A stretch of DNA of 56,708 bases from an uncultured Candidatus Saccharibacteria bacterium. GTDB lineage: Bacteria; Patescibacteriota; Saccharimonadia; Saccharimonadales; UBA4665. Both the position numbers and the translations under genes were made by a program. Positions 27,965 through 37,743 of the stretch are shown here, one piece after another. The notes below the pieces were generated by a model. It searched no databases, had not been told where the DNA came from, and was given only the letters and a program-made list of their open reading frames with translations. The DNA is taken from assembly GCA_903836325.1 (NCBI GenBank), contig CAILQE010000002.1, forward strand, positions 1-56,708, read 5' to 3'. How positions within the stretch are numbered: position 1 is the stretch's first letter; every line of letters begins with the position of its first letter.

Positions 27965-30853
27965 TTATAGCTTTTCTAGAGCTATCGTAACCTCAAAGTC
28001 GTTTACCTTGTAGTTCTTAGAGAATCCGCCTTTTAATTCATCCCTTATTTCTAGAGTTAAGGTATCAGCCATTATCAAATTCTTCATATATTCGTTTTCA
28101 AGTACTGACTTTAATAGATTGGAATCTGATTGAATTTGTAGAACTATTCTATCATCAACAATTAATCCAGCTTCTTTCCTGGCTTGCTGAATATTTCTTA
28201 TCAATTCCCTAGCGACACCCTCTTGGATTAATTCATCATTCAAATTAAGATCTATCTCTACTCTAGTTTTCAGAGAACTATCTTCTATTACATCTTTAAC
28301 ATTTAATTCTTCTTGGATAATTTTTAATAGGCTATCATTATTTAATTTAGAAGATATTTTAACTGAACTAAGCGGCTGTCTTACTTTAACTGAGTTCTGA
28401 GCCCTAATACTTAACCCCTCGTTAATTATTTCTTTGACTTCGTCCATTAGAGTTATTGCGCCAGCATTAACGCTGCCGTGCTCTGGCCAATCAATAAGGT
28501 GAACTGATTTACCTTCTGTGAGCTTTATATAAAGCTCTTCTGCCATGAAAGGAGCAAAAGGTGCAATAATTATCGACAAATTAACTAATACGTAATGCAA
28601 GGTCTTATATGCGTCGGATTTATCCTTGTCATTATCGCTTTTCCAAAAGCGCTTTCTACTTCTTCTTACATACCAATTGCTAGCATCATCTAAGAACTGA
28701 AATAGCGGTTTTGTAGCTCCGGCAATATCGTATTTATCCATAGATTCAGTTACATCTTTATTTAATTGATGTAACTTACTAACTACCCATATATCTAAGA
28801 TGTTATCTAGTTCTTTTGAAGGATCCTTAGGTAATTCTCCTTTTTCTAGACCACTATCCCATTTATCAACATCGGCATACATAGTAAAGAAGTCATACAT
28901 ATTCCAAATCATATTGAGTTTTCTCAACACATCACTAACTTCTCTATCTGTTAAAGCGAAGCTTTCTCCATTTGTTAACGGACTTGTTAACATCAAGTAT
29001 CTAAATGAATCTGCTGAGAAATTATCCATTAAAATCATTGGGTCAGTGTAGTTTCCAAGTTTTTTACTGAGCTTTTTGCCGTCTGCAGCATTAATATGAC
29101 CAGTACAAATTAGATTAACGAATGGTGATTTGTTAAATAAACCAACATTTACAGCAGTTAAACTATAGAACCATCCCCTAGTTTGATCAATTGCTTCACA
29201 AATAAAATCTGCTGGGAAACTATCCTCAAACTTTTGCTTATTTTCAAAAGGATAATGAAATTGAGCGAAAGGCATAGATCCTGATTCGAACCAACAATCT
29301 ATAACTTTACCGATGTGTTTTAGAATAGTTCCGTCATATTCGAATTCAATATTCATTACATTCGGTAAATGATAGTCGTCTAGACTTAAGCCTGTTAAGT
29401 CTTTCAATTCTTCATAAGATCCAATTATTTTAATTACTTCGGTTCCGTCATTTCGGACACCTTTCCATACGGGTAGAGGTGTTGCCCAGTATCTATCGCG
29501 GCTAATATTCCAGTCAGGTGCAGTTTCTAAAATATTCTTAAATCTACCTTCTTGTAGATGTTTAGGGTTCCAAGAAGTCATCTCGTTAGCTTCAAGCATT
29601 TCTTTCTTTTGTGATTGTATATCCACAAACCAGCTTGGATGAGCTCGATACATTAACTTAGTTCCACATCTGTGACAGTGAGGATATTCATGTCTAATAT
29701 ATTCAACTTTTAGAGCAGTTCCCTCAGCAACCAATGTTTTCGCGATTTCTTTATTTATATCCCAAATATTCTCACCTATCCATCGGCCTTCTGTGTAGTG
29801 ACCATTTTCGTCAACAATTGAAACTAATGGAACATTTTCAGCCTTACATAAGTCATAATCTTCCTCACCGTAAGCAGGTGCTTCGTGTACAATTCCTGTT
29901 CCCGCGTCTGCACTAACAAAATCTGCAGCTAAAACTCGGTGAGCATTGGGGCCATGATTCTGAAAAAGAGGTTCATATTTTTTACCTACTAATTCTTTAC
30001 CTTTTACTTCTTTAAGTTTCGTATAGTTTAAAAGTTTGTGTTTTTCATCGGTCATTACTCTTTCGATTGCTTCATTTCCGATATAGAATTTCTTTCCTTC
30101 GTATTCTATTAATGAGTAGCTTAGTTTTTCATTAACAGCTATAGCAACGTTTGCAGGTAAAGTCCAAGGGGTTGTGGTCCATGCAAGTACGTATTCGTCA
30201 CTACCTTCTAGCTTAAAGAATACGTATACGCTTGGATCTGTATCCATCTGATAACTATTTTCCATAGCAACCTCAGACTTACTGATCGGTGTTGCGTCCT
30301 TAGTGCAATAAACTAGAATCTTTTCACCTTCGTAAATCCGTCCTTTGTCATAAAGCTCTTTAAAAGCCCACCATACTGATTCCATGTACTCTTTATCCAT
30401 GGTCTTATATGCGCCCTCAAATTCTACCCAGCGACCAATTCTATCTATAACATCTTCCCATTCGGTACCAGTCTTAACCATTGCATCACGACATTCGCGC
30501 ACATAGTCTTCAATACTAATTTTTGTTCCAATTTCTTTTTTATTCTTAATTCCAAGTTTTTTCTCGACGAAAACTTCAGCAGGAAGACCGTGGCAATCCC
30601 AACCCCATTTTCTTTCTACCCTATATCCCCGCATAGTCCAATATCTAGCTACGGCATCCTTTAATGTAGATATTAACAAGTGGCCATGGTGTGGTTTTCC
30701 GGTGATAAAAGGTGGACCATCATAAAAAACAAAAGTTTTATCCTTGGGTCTGAAATCTACAGATTTTTCGAATAACTTATGATTTTTCCAATAATTAAGA
30801 ATATCTTTTTCGTATTCTATTGGTTTTTTTCTTTGTCCTTGTTGATACTTCAT
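27965..30853 (-). CDS. ileS: Isoleucyl-tRNA synthetase
   Basis: 962 aa with HIGH (PHHGHLL), KMSKS-like (KLSKKLGN) and a CP1 editing domain. The N-terminal PPFITGKPHHGH resembles type-2 (eukaryote-like) IleRS. Confidence 0.97.
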   Translation of the reverse strand: MKYQQGQRKKPIEYEKDILNYWKNHKLFEKSVDFRPKDKTFVFYDGPPFITGKPHHGHLLISTLKDAVARYWTMRGYRVERKWGWDCHGLPAEVFVEKKLGIKNKKEIGTKISIEDYVRECRDAMVKTGTEWEDVIDRIGRWVEFEGAYKTMDKEYMESVWWAFKELYDKGRIYEGEKILVYCTKDATPISKSEVAMENSYQMDTDPSVYVFFKLEGSDEYVLAWTTTPWTLPANVAIAVNEKLSYSLIEYEGKKFYIGNEAIERVMTDEKHKLLNYTKLKEVKGKELVGKKYEPLFQNHGPNAHRVLAADFVSADAGTGIVHEAPAYGEEDYDLCKAENVPLVSIVDENGHYTEGRWIGENIWDINKEIAKTLVAEGTALKVEYIRHEYPHCHRCGTKLMYRAHPSWFVDIQSQKKEMLEANEMTSWNPKHLQEGRFKNILETAPDWNISRDRYWATPLPVWKGVRNDGTEVIKIIGSYEELKDLTGLSLDDYHLPNVMNIEFEYDGTILKHIGKVIDCWFESGSMPFAQFHYPFENKQKFEDSFPADFICEAIDQTRGWFYSLTAVNVGLFNKSPFVNLICTGHINAADGKKLSKKLGNYTDPMILMDNFSADSFRYLMLTSPLTNGESFALTDREVSDVLRKLNMIWNMYDFFTMYADVDKWDSGLEKGELPKDPSKELDNILDIWVVSKLHQLNKDVTESMDKYDIAGATKPLFQFLDDASNWYVRRSRKRFWKSDNDKDKSDAYKTLHYVLVNLSIIIAPFAPFMAEELYIKLTEGKSVHLIDWPEHGSVNAGAITLMDEVKEIINEGLSIRAQNSVKVRQPLSSVKISSKLNNDSLLKIIQEELNVKDVIEDSSLKTRVEIDLNLNDELIQEGVARELIRNIQQARKEAGLIVDDRIVLQIQSDSNLLKSVLENEYMKNLIMADTLTLEIRDELKGGFSKNYKVNDFEVTIALEKL

Positions 30854-30856
30854 ATT

Positions 30857-31070
30857 TTTTTCCTTGGATATAAAAAATACCCTTAATTTAAGTGTTGGAA
30901 TCCTTTTACAAGGACGGTACCATCCAACTTCTTAATTAGGGTATTTCCTAAAAAAGCTCTTATTTATAGTTTAACGATACTAAATCGATGGGTTCTACTT
31001 GATACAATCTTTCTTCCCATATCCGTATCAATCTTGATTTGTAGTTGATAGCTACTCTAACGGACTAATT
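30857..31070 (-). promoter_or_regulatory. T-box leader (tRNA-Ile sensing) upstream of ileS
   Basis: The minus strand reads AAGUUGGAUGGUACCGUCCUUGUAAAAGGAUUCCAAC (30930-30894). This is the T-box core (GGAUGGUACCG) folded as an antiterminator-like element: helix GUUGGA/UCCAAC, a bulge containing UGGU, and helix UCCUU/AAGGA. A short upstream hairpin (about 31066-31021) exposes AUCA (Ile codon plus purine; AUC at 31038-31036). The bulge UGGU complements the ACCA end of the window's own tRNA-Ile (discriminator A). Confidence 0.6.
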
Positions 31071-31099
31071 CGAATTATATCAAACTTAACTTATAACTT

Positions 31100-31366
31100 C
31101 TAGACTACCAGATAAGACTCAAGCTCGTCTTTGGTTGGATAAGATTCTCCCTCCCATATATTCTGAACTTGCCCATCATCTCTAGTAACAACAAATGCAG
31201 GGTATGAAATTACTCCATAAATTTTGGCTTTGTCTGCTCCATCTACTGAATCTATATCTAAAATTTCAATATTAATTCCATAAATTTCTTTTTTTAAAGT
31301 AGCGCAATAATTTTCTATTGCTAATGAATTTTCGGAATTTGGACGATATAGTATTATTAATTTCAT
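31100..31366 (-). CDS. Small thioredoxin-fold-like protein without a CxxC active site
   Basis: 88 aa with a beta-alpha-beta pattern like Grx/NrdH (MKLIILYRPNS...YPAFVV), but the CxxC position reads PNSENS. Sits just downstream of nrdJ. Assignment is by pattern only. Confidence 0.35.
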   Translation of the reverse strand: MKLIILYRPNSENSLAIENYCATLKKEIYGINIEILDIDSVDGADKAKIYGVISYPAFVVTRDDGQVQNIWEGESYPTKDELESYLVV

Positions 31367-31376
31367 TATTTATAGC

Positions 31377-31417
31377 TTATCGGATAGAAACTTGATGGGT
31401 CAAGCTCTATCCGATAA
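31377..31417 (-). other. Long interrupted stem-loop between nrdJ and the downstream small gene
   Basis: 11-bp outer stem TTATCGGATAG / CTATCCGATAA (31377-31387 with 31407-31417), an inner 5-bp stem CTTGA/TCAAG (31391-31395 with 31400-31404) and a 4-nt loop. No U-tract follows on the minus strand. Confidence 0.5.
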
Positions 31418-31423
31418 TTATTC

Positions 31424-34168
31424 CTAGCTACAACCTGTTGTTGATCCACACGAACTACATACATAGCATGATCCGGATCTTTGTGTTTGGTTGCCGCAGT
31501 TATAGCAAAGTGGCGCATTAATATCTGAAACCACTGAATTCTTCTCTAGAGCATCTACGCTTAGATCCACGCTAATAGTTCCTGATGCAGTACTCTCTTC
31601 GACTTCTTTAGGTTCATCTATTAAGCTTAATTGATTTTCCGGTAAGTCATCGATTGAAACTATACCTAATTCAAGTTGATCATCAAAAGATAAGTAATCT
31701 TTAGCTAATCTTCTCAAGATATAGTCAGTTATTGAACTTGCAGTTCTAATTTCTGGATCATCTGTAATTCCAGCTGGCGCAAAGCTAGTTCCCTTCAATG
31801 CTTTCACATACTTCTTTAATGGAACTCCGAATTGCAAACCATTACTAATGCTTATAGCTAGAGAATCCATTAATCCCGATAGGGTTGAACCTTGTTTACT
31901 TACGTTGATGAATAGTTCTCCAGGACTACCGTCGCTATATTCACCGATTGTGAAGTACCCCGTAAGATCAGAAACCTGGAACTTGTAAGTTCGACTTGTT
32001 CTAACTCTAGGTAATTCTTTTCGTTCTTTAAAGTTAACTGTCGCGACTTCTGTAGCTAATTCTTTTACTACATCAGCTTTATCGCCGTCTTTTTTAGCCA
32101 TACTTAGAGGCTGAGCAACTTTACAGTTATCTCTATAAATTGCTACGGCTTTAAGTCCCATCTTCCATGATTGAATATGTAATTCCTCGATATCTTCCAC
32201 TGTTGCAGTTTCTGGCATATTAACTGTTTTACTGATTGCGCCAGATAAAAATGGCTGAACAGCTGCCATCATTTTTACATGTCCTAGATGACTAATTGGG
32301 TTGTCGCCCATAGAGCAAGCAAATACATTTTCATGTTCTTTCTTAAATTCTGGTGCTCCTAAAATTGTTTTTTCAGTGTCGATGTATCTTATGATTGCAT
32401 CAACTTGATCTTTAGAATATCCAAGTGCTGTTAATGCTCTTGGTACTGTTTGGTTAACTATACTCATCGTTCCACCACCTACTAATTTCTTTACTTTAAC
32501 CAAGCCTAAATCTGGCTCAATTCCCGTAGTGTCACAATCCATCATAAGTCCGATTGTTCCAGTTGGAGCAAGTAAACTAGCTTGAGAATTTCTTATTCCG
32601 TATAGTTCACCTAAGTTAACGGCGTCATCCCATGATGACGTTGCTGCATCTAGCAAGTCTTCGCCGACTAGAGAAGCATCAATATCTGAAATTGCGTCTC
32701 TATGCATCCGAATTACTTTTAGCATATTGTCTTTGTCTTTTGCGTATCCAGCAAAAGGACCCACTTTTTTAGCTAATTTAGCACTTACAGAATATGCGTG
32801 ACCAGTCATTAGTGCGGTTATTACAGCTGCCTGAGCTCTTCCTTCTTCACTATCATAAGGAATACCCTGAGCCATAAGAAGTGCGCCAAGATTAGCGTAT
32901 CCAATTCCTAAAGCACGATATGCTCGCGCGTTTTGATCGATTCTCTTAGTTGGGTATGAACTATATCCAACTAAAATTTCTTGAGCTGTAAAAATTAAAT
33001 CAACTGTGTGTCTAAAATCTTCAATCGCAAAACTAAAGTCATCGTTTAAATACTTAAGTAAATTAATAGATGCTAAATTACAGGCAGAATTATCTAAGTG
33101 CATGTATTCACTACATGGATTACTTCCATTAATTCTTCCTGCGTTAGGGGTTGTGTGCCACTTATTAATAGTTGTATCAAACTGCATCCCAGGATCAGCA
33201 CATTCCCATGCTGCTTCAGCAAATTGTCTATAGATATCTCTAGCCTTAACGGTCTTAACTGTTTCTCCTGTCGTAACGGCTTTCAAGTGCCAATCAGAAT
33301 CAGATTCTACGGCTTTCATGAAATCATCAGTTACTCTTACAGATATATTTGCATTTTGATATTGAACTGAAAATGAATCTTTTCCGTCCAAGCTCATATC
33401 CCATCCTAAAGTCTGTAAATCTCGAGCTTTTCGTTCTTCAATAGTCTTACTCCATATAAATTGTTCTATATCTGGGTGATCTACATTTAAAATAACCATC
33501 TTAGCAGCTCTTCGAGTCTTACCTCCACTCTTAATCGCACCAGCTGAAGCATCTGCTCCTCGCATAAAACTAAGAGGACCACTTGCAGTACCAGCACTCT
33601 TACCAAGAGTTTCCATTGATGATCGAATTGAACTGACGTTCACTCCAGATCCGCTACCACCTTTGAAGATCATTCCTTCTTCAACATACCAGTTAAGAAT
33701 AGCTGGCATTGTGTCGTCAACAGATAAAATAAAACAAGCACTAGCTTGCTGTGCGCGCTCTTTAGATCCAATATTAAACCAAACTGGTGAATTGAAAGCA
33801 GCTCTCTGAGTTGCCAAAACATACTTTAACTCTTCTCTAAAATCTTCAGCTTCAGTAGTATTATCGAAATATCCCTCTTGAAGACCTTGTCTAGTAATTG
33901 TGTCTACGACTCTATCGATAAGATGTTTTAGAGAACTCTCTCGATCTTTTGTTCCTGGTGTACCAGAAAAATATTTTTGTGAAACAATATTTATCGCATT
34001 CAATGACCAATTTTCAGGAAACTCTACATCCTTTTGTTCGAATACCGGCTTATCGCTTACCGGATTCTTGATTATCGAATCCTGTTTAACCCACTTTAAT
34101 TGATCGTAACCCTTACTTTTTTTAGGGGTAAAAAGCCTACCCACTCCGATGGTTGTTGTTGATGCCAT
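31424..34168 (-). CDS. nrdJ: Class II (adenosylcobalamin-dependent) ribonucleotide reductase
   Basis: 914 aa with active-site NPCSEY and the Cys-rich C-terminal tail CYNCGNQTQRSGSCYVCSSCGSTTGCS typical of NrdJ. Confidence 0.92.
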   Translation of the reverse strand: MASTTTIGVGRLFTPKKSKGYDQLKWVKQDSIIKNPVSDKPVFEQKDVEFPENWSLNAINIVSQKYFSGTPGTKDRESSLKHLIDRVVDTITRQGLQEGYFDNTTEAEDFREELKYVLATQRAAFNSPVWFNIGSKERAQQASACFILSVDDTMPAILNWYVEEGMIFKGGSGSGVNVSSIRSSMETLGKSAGTASGPLSFMRGADASAGAIKSGGKTRRAAKMVILNVDHPDIEQFIWSKTIEERKARDLQTLGWDMSLDGKDSFSVQYQNANISVRVTDDFMKAVESDSDWHLKAVTTGETVKTVKARDIYRQFAEAAWECADPGMQFDTTINKWHTTPNAGRINGSNPCSEYMHLDNSACNLASINLLKYLNDDFSFAIEDFRHTVDLIFTAQEILVGYSSYPTKRIDQNARAYRALGIGYANLGALLMAQGIPYDSEEGRAQAAVITALMTGHAYSVSAKLAKKVGPFAGYAKDKDNMLKVIRMHRDAISDIDASLVGEDLLDAATSSWDDAVNLGELYGIRNSQASLLAPTGTIGLMMDCDTTGIEPDLGLVKVKKLVGGGTMSIVNQTVPRALTALGYSKDQVDAIIRYIDTEKTILGAPEFKKEHENVFACSMGDNPISHLGHVKMMAAVQPFLSGAISKTVNMPETATVEDIEELHIQSWKMGLKAVAIYRDNCKVAQPLSMAKKDGDKADVVKELATEVATVNFKERKELPRVRTSRTYKFQVSDLTGYFTIGEYSDGSPGELFINVSKQGSTLSGLMDSLAISISNGLQFGVPLKKYVKALKGTSFAPAGITDDPEIRTASSITDYILRRLAKDYLSFDDQLELGIVSIDDLPENQLSLIDEPKEVEESTASGTISVDLSVDALEKNSVVSDINAPLCYNCGNQTQRSGSCYVCSSCGSTTGCS

Positions 34169-34324
34169 TTTTTTAACCTCTCTTAATTGTTATTTACTTC
34201 AAACCTCCCAAGATTTGAATTTTGTTTTTATATATTTTTGTTAGAGTTCTTTGCGACTTTGTCGCTGCCTGAGCTCTCTTGGATACCTAATTTTTTAGGT
34301 AGCTTAGAAAGCTGTCAAAATGTG

Positions 34325-34792
34325 TTATCCTTTGACCTCTTGCATCTGCCTAATGTTGGATAGTTCTTTCTCGAAGCTAGATATATCTTTAAAATGACGA
34401 TACACGCTAGCGAATCTTACATATGCTACTTCGTTAATTTGAGAAAGATGGTTCATCGCCAGCTCTCCTATTTTGTCTGATTTAACTTCTTGTTCATCTA
34501 AAGAATATAGTTCTTGTTCGATATCGTTTACGAGTTTTTCTATTTGCATACTCGTTACTGGAGTTTTCTCGCAAGCTCTATATAGACCCCCAAGAATTTT
34601 TGTACGATTAAATAATTCTCTACTGCCATCTTTTTTAATGATTATCAGCTGAGGTCTTTCTATTCTTTCGTAAGTCGTAAATCTATGACTACAATTAACG
34701 CACATTCGGCGACGACGAATTGCTTGATCGTCTGCCACATCTCTAGACTCAATTACCTTTATGTCTGTGCTGTGACATTGAGAGCATTTCAT
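34325..34792 (-). CDS. nrdR: Transcriptional repressor NrdR
   Basis: N-terminal zinc ribbon (CSQCHS...CVNCSHRFTTYE) and an ATP-cone; 155 aa. Confidence 0.95.
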   Translation of the reverse strand: MKCSQCHSTDIKVIESRDVADDQAIRRRRMCVNCSHRFTTYERIERPQLIIIKKDGSRELFNRTKILGGLYRACEKTPVTSMQIEKLVNDIEQELYSLDEQEVKSDKIGELAMNHLSQINEVAYVRFASVYRHFKDISSFEKELSNIRQMQEVKG

Positions 34793-34848
34793 TTAATCAC
34801 CTCCTTTTGTCAAAAATTTTGATTATTATTTGTTTAAGTACTTTATAG

Positions 34849-34883
34849 ACTAATATATTTTTAGTGTATATCTCTATATATAG
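34849..34883 (-). promoter_or_regulatory. Candidate tandem NrdR boxes upstream of nrdR
   Basis: A perfect 10-bp palindrome CTATATATAG (34874-34883) matches the core of the published NrdR-box consensus (CwAtATaTwG). A second AT-rich dyad ACTAA-N7-TTAGT (34849-34865) has its centre about 21 bp away. Confidence 0.4.
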
Positions 34884-35034
34884 CGCCTAGTAAGATTAAT
34901 ATACCCCCATCCATGGTGTTTATCAATATTATTTTTGGTGTATTATTTAATACAATTAACAGATTGAAAAAGCACAATAATTAACATTCATATCAGTTAA
35001 TTGATTAACTGATAGTTGTTGTTATTAATACCGT

Positions 35035-36318
35035 CTACTCTTCGTCGCTATTGTCTTGGTGAGAATTTTTTCTTCTCAATCTTCGTAAGAATGAAGGTTT
35101 TTCTAGATCTTCTTCCATATTAGAACGCTGTTCGTCATTGTGGTGATTGTAATTATTCACAGGAGCCTCTTCAACTTCATCGTTCTCAGTCCACATGTTT
35201 GGCATGTCGTTATCTTCTTCTTTATCAAAATGATGTTCAAGCTCTTCTTTATCTAAATCCATGTCGATCTCAGACATATCAGACTTTTTAACTTGTTTAT
35301 CGATACTATCGTAATCTGATTCATTAAGTGAAACTTGGCTTTTAGCTCCTTTAGCAAAATATGATTCATCGAATCCGGTAGCAACTACAGTAATTATAAT
35401 TTCTCCATCAATCTTGTCGTCGATAGATGCACCGAATATGATATTAGCTTCTGGATCAGCGGCTGCAGTAATTGTTTCGGCAGCGGCATTGATTTCATGC
35501 ATAGTTAGATCGCTGCCTCCAATAATGTTGAACAGAACTCCTCTTGCACCATCGATTGATACTTCGAGTAAAGGAGAATCGATAGCTTGTTGAGCCGCAG
35601 CGGATGCTCTATCTTCACCACTTGCGCGACCAATACCCATTAATGCAGTTCCAGCATTACTCATTACAGCTTTAACGTCAGCGAAGTCTAGGTTAATCAG
35701 ACCATTAACTGTAATAAGATCAGATATTCCCTGCACTCCTTGTCTCAATACATCATCAGCAAGCTTAAATGCTTCCATCAAAGGCGTTTGCCTATCAATG
35801 GTTTGAAGCAATCTGTCATTAGGAATAATAATTAGTGTATCAACGGTTTTTCTTAATTTTTCAATTGCTACTTCAGCATTTCTTCTTCGTCTTTCACCTT
35901 CAAATGCAAATGGTTTTGTTGCAAAACCGACTACAAGTATGTTCATATCCTTGGCTATTTTTGCTACAACGTGACCAGCACCACTTCCAGTACCGCCACC
36001 AGCACCTATTGTTATGAACACCATGTCTGCACCTTCTATTGCTTTTCTAATTTCTTCAGAAGATTCTTCTGCTGCCTTTTGTCCTACGCTTGGATCAGCT
36101 CCAGCGCCTAGACCTTTAGTAGTTTCTTTACCGATGTGAATTTTAGTACCAGCTTTTGAGTGATGAAGAGATTGAGCGTCTGTATTTACAGTAACAAAAT
36201 CTACTCCCTCTATGCCAGCTTCAACCATTCTGTTGACTGCTGCACCACCAGCACCTCCAACTCCCACAACCTTAATTTGTGCAAATGTTTCTATAGATGG
36301 TTCAACAATTTGAGACAT
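35035..36318 (-). CDS. ftsZ: Cell division GTPase FtsZ
   Basis: Tubulin signature GGGTGSGAG, a long acidic linker and a basic C-terminal peptide ([10 protein letters not shown]); 427 aa. Confidence 0.97.
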   Translation of the reverse strand: MSQIVEPSIETFAQIKVVGVGGAGGAAVNRMVEAGIEGVDFVTVNTDAQSLHHSKAGTKIHIGKETTKGLGAGADPSVGQKAAEESSEEIRKAIEGADMVFITIGAGGGTGSGAGHVVAKIAKDMNILVVGFATKPFAFEGERRRRNAEVAIEKLRKTVDTLIIIPNDRLLQTIDRQTPLMEAFKLADDVLRQGVQGISDLITVNGLINLDFADVKAVMSNAGTALMGIGRASGEDRASAAAQQAIDSPLLEVSIDGARGVLFNIIGGSDLTMHEINAAAETITAAADPEANIIFGASIDDKIDGEIIITVVATGFDESYFAKGAKSQVSLNESDYDSIDKQVKKSDMSEIDMDLDKEELEHHFDKEEDNDMPNMWTENDEVEEAPVNNYNHHNDEQRSNMEEDLEKPSFLRRLRRKNSHQDNSDEE

Positions 36319-36468
36319 ATAACCCCTTCTTATAAGTGTCTAATTTAATAAAGTTAGTATACCCCATATTTCAATCAAGTCAAAATTTATAAAACGGATG
36401 AAAACATTATTTATTTTCAAGAGTATTTAATTTATATTTTGAAATTTATATTAAATATGGCTGAACAA

Positions 36469-37689
36469 CTAGTTTTTAAGTTTTCCAAAAACAGATTTAA
36501 ATACATTTCGAGCACCTTCTATGGAGTAGTTACTGGAGTTCTGAGGTAATGCTGGCAACATTAAAAGATCTAGTATCATTAAGCCTATGACCGTATCGTA
36601 CGATGGATCCTCTACAGTGTCTACTAGTCCTCCGATGCCATGAACTCGGCCTATTCTCGTGGACAATTGAAGCTTTTCTTTTGCATATTGTACTATTCCG
36701 GGCAACTTCGCGCTTCCACCAGTTAAAACAACTCCTCCAGGCAACTTTCTGAACTTCTTGATCTTATGTAATTCTTTTTCTACTAGATCGAATAATTCAT
36801 CTACCCTGGATTCAATGATCATTCTCACATCATCAGATATAAAAGTTTCGCCAGATTTCTCAGTTTTAATAAGTCTAGAAACACCTTTATGTCCTTCTTT
36901 GAGGGTGCCGTATTTTAATTTAACTTCTTCTGCAGAGTCTAAATCAGTTTTTAGTCCAATAGCTAAATCATTAGTTATATGTTGTCCACCTATAGGAATG
37001 ACGGATACATACTGCACATCGCCATCTTCAAAGACGATTAGATTTGTTGTTCCCGATCCTATATCAAGAAGTATTGTACCTGCCTCTTTTTGTTGTCTAG
37101 TCATTACTGCTTCAGCAGATGCTAGAGATGAAACTGAATGATGAGATATTTCTATTCCAGCTTTTTCCAACGCTAAGTCCAGGCTCCGCATATTAGGAGA
37201 TGAAGCAGTAACGATGTGTGCTTCAACCTCTAATCTAATTCCATGCATGCTTACAGGGTCTTTGATATTTTTTTGACCGTCTAAACTATAATATTTAGCA
37301 AAGAACTGTACGATTTCACGATTCTGAGGAAGATTTACTATTGTCGCCGCATCATCTACCCTCATCCTGTCTTCTGAAGTTATTTCACGATTAGCGGCAC
37401 TGATAGCTATTACTCCTTGAGAATCTACACCTGTCACGTGTCCACCATTAACATTGATGGTAGCCGATCTTATTGGTACTCCGGCTATTCTCTCTGCCTC
37501 ATGAACGGCTTGTGAAATAGATTCAGCAACTTCATCTACATTTACTACTGCACCTCTTCTCATTCCATGATTAACAGAACTCCCATGTCCTATGATTGAT
37601 GGTTGGTTATTTTTAGGATCATGCATACCAACAACACATCTTACTTCAGATGTGCCTATATCTATGCCAACAAAATGCTGAGGCTTCAT
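36469..37689 (-). CDS. ftsA: Cell division protein FtsA
   Basis: Actin-fold ATPase (GIDIGTSEVRCVV, DIGSGTTNL, LTGGSAKLPG); 406 aa; upstream of ftsZ. Confidence 0.93.
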   Translation of the reverse strand: MKPQHFVGIDIGTSEVRCVVGMHDPKNNQPSIIGHGSSVNHGMRRGAVVNVDEVAESISQAVHEAERIAGVPIRSATINVNGGHVTGVDSQGVIAISAANREITSEDRMRVDDAATIVNLPQNREIVQFFAKYYSLDGQKNIKDPVSMHGIRLEVEAHIVTASSPNMRSLDLALEKAGIEISHHSVSSLASAEAVMTRQQKEAGTILLDIGSGTTNLIVFEDGDVQYVSVIPIGGQHITNDLAIGLKTDLDSAEEVKLKYGTLKEGHKGVSRLIKTEKSGETFISDDVRMIIESRVDELFDLVEKELHKIKKFRKLPGGVVLTGGSAKLPGIVQYAKEKLQLSTRIGRVHGIGGLVDTVEDPSYDTVIGLMILDLLMLPALPQNSSNYSIEGARNVFKSVFGKLKN

Positions 37690-37743
37690 ATAAACAATAG
37701 TATAACGCTATAGCTTATCTATAGGCAAGATAAAACAATGCTC

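Noticed and set aside
34169-34324. Cobalamin riboswitch in front of the B12-dependent nrdJ
   Set aside because: The spacer is only 156 nt and I could not find a B12-box-like element. It holds only two short hairpins (ACCTAA/TTAGGT and GCGAC/GTCGC).
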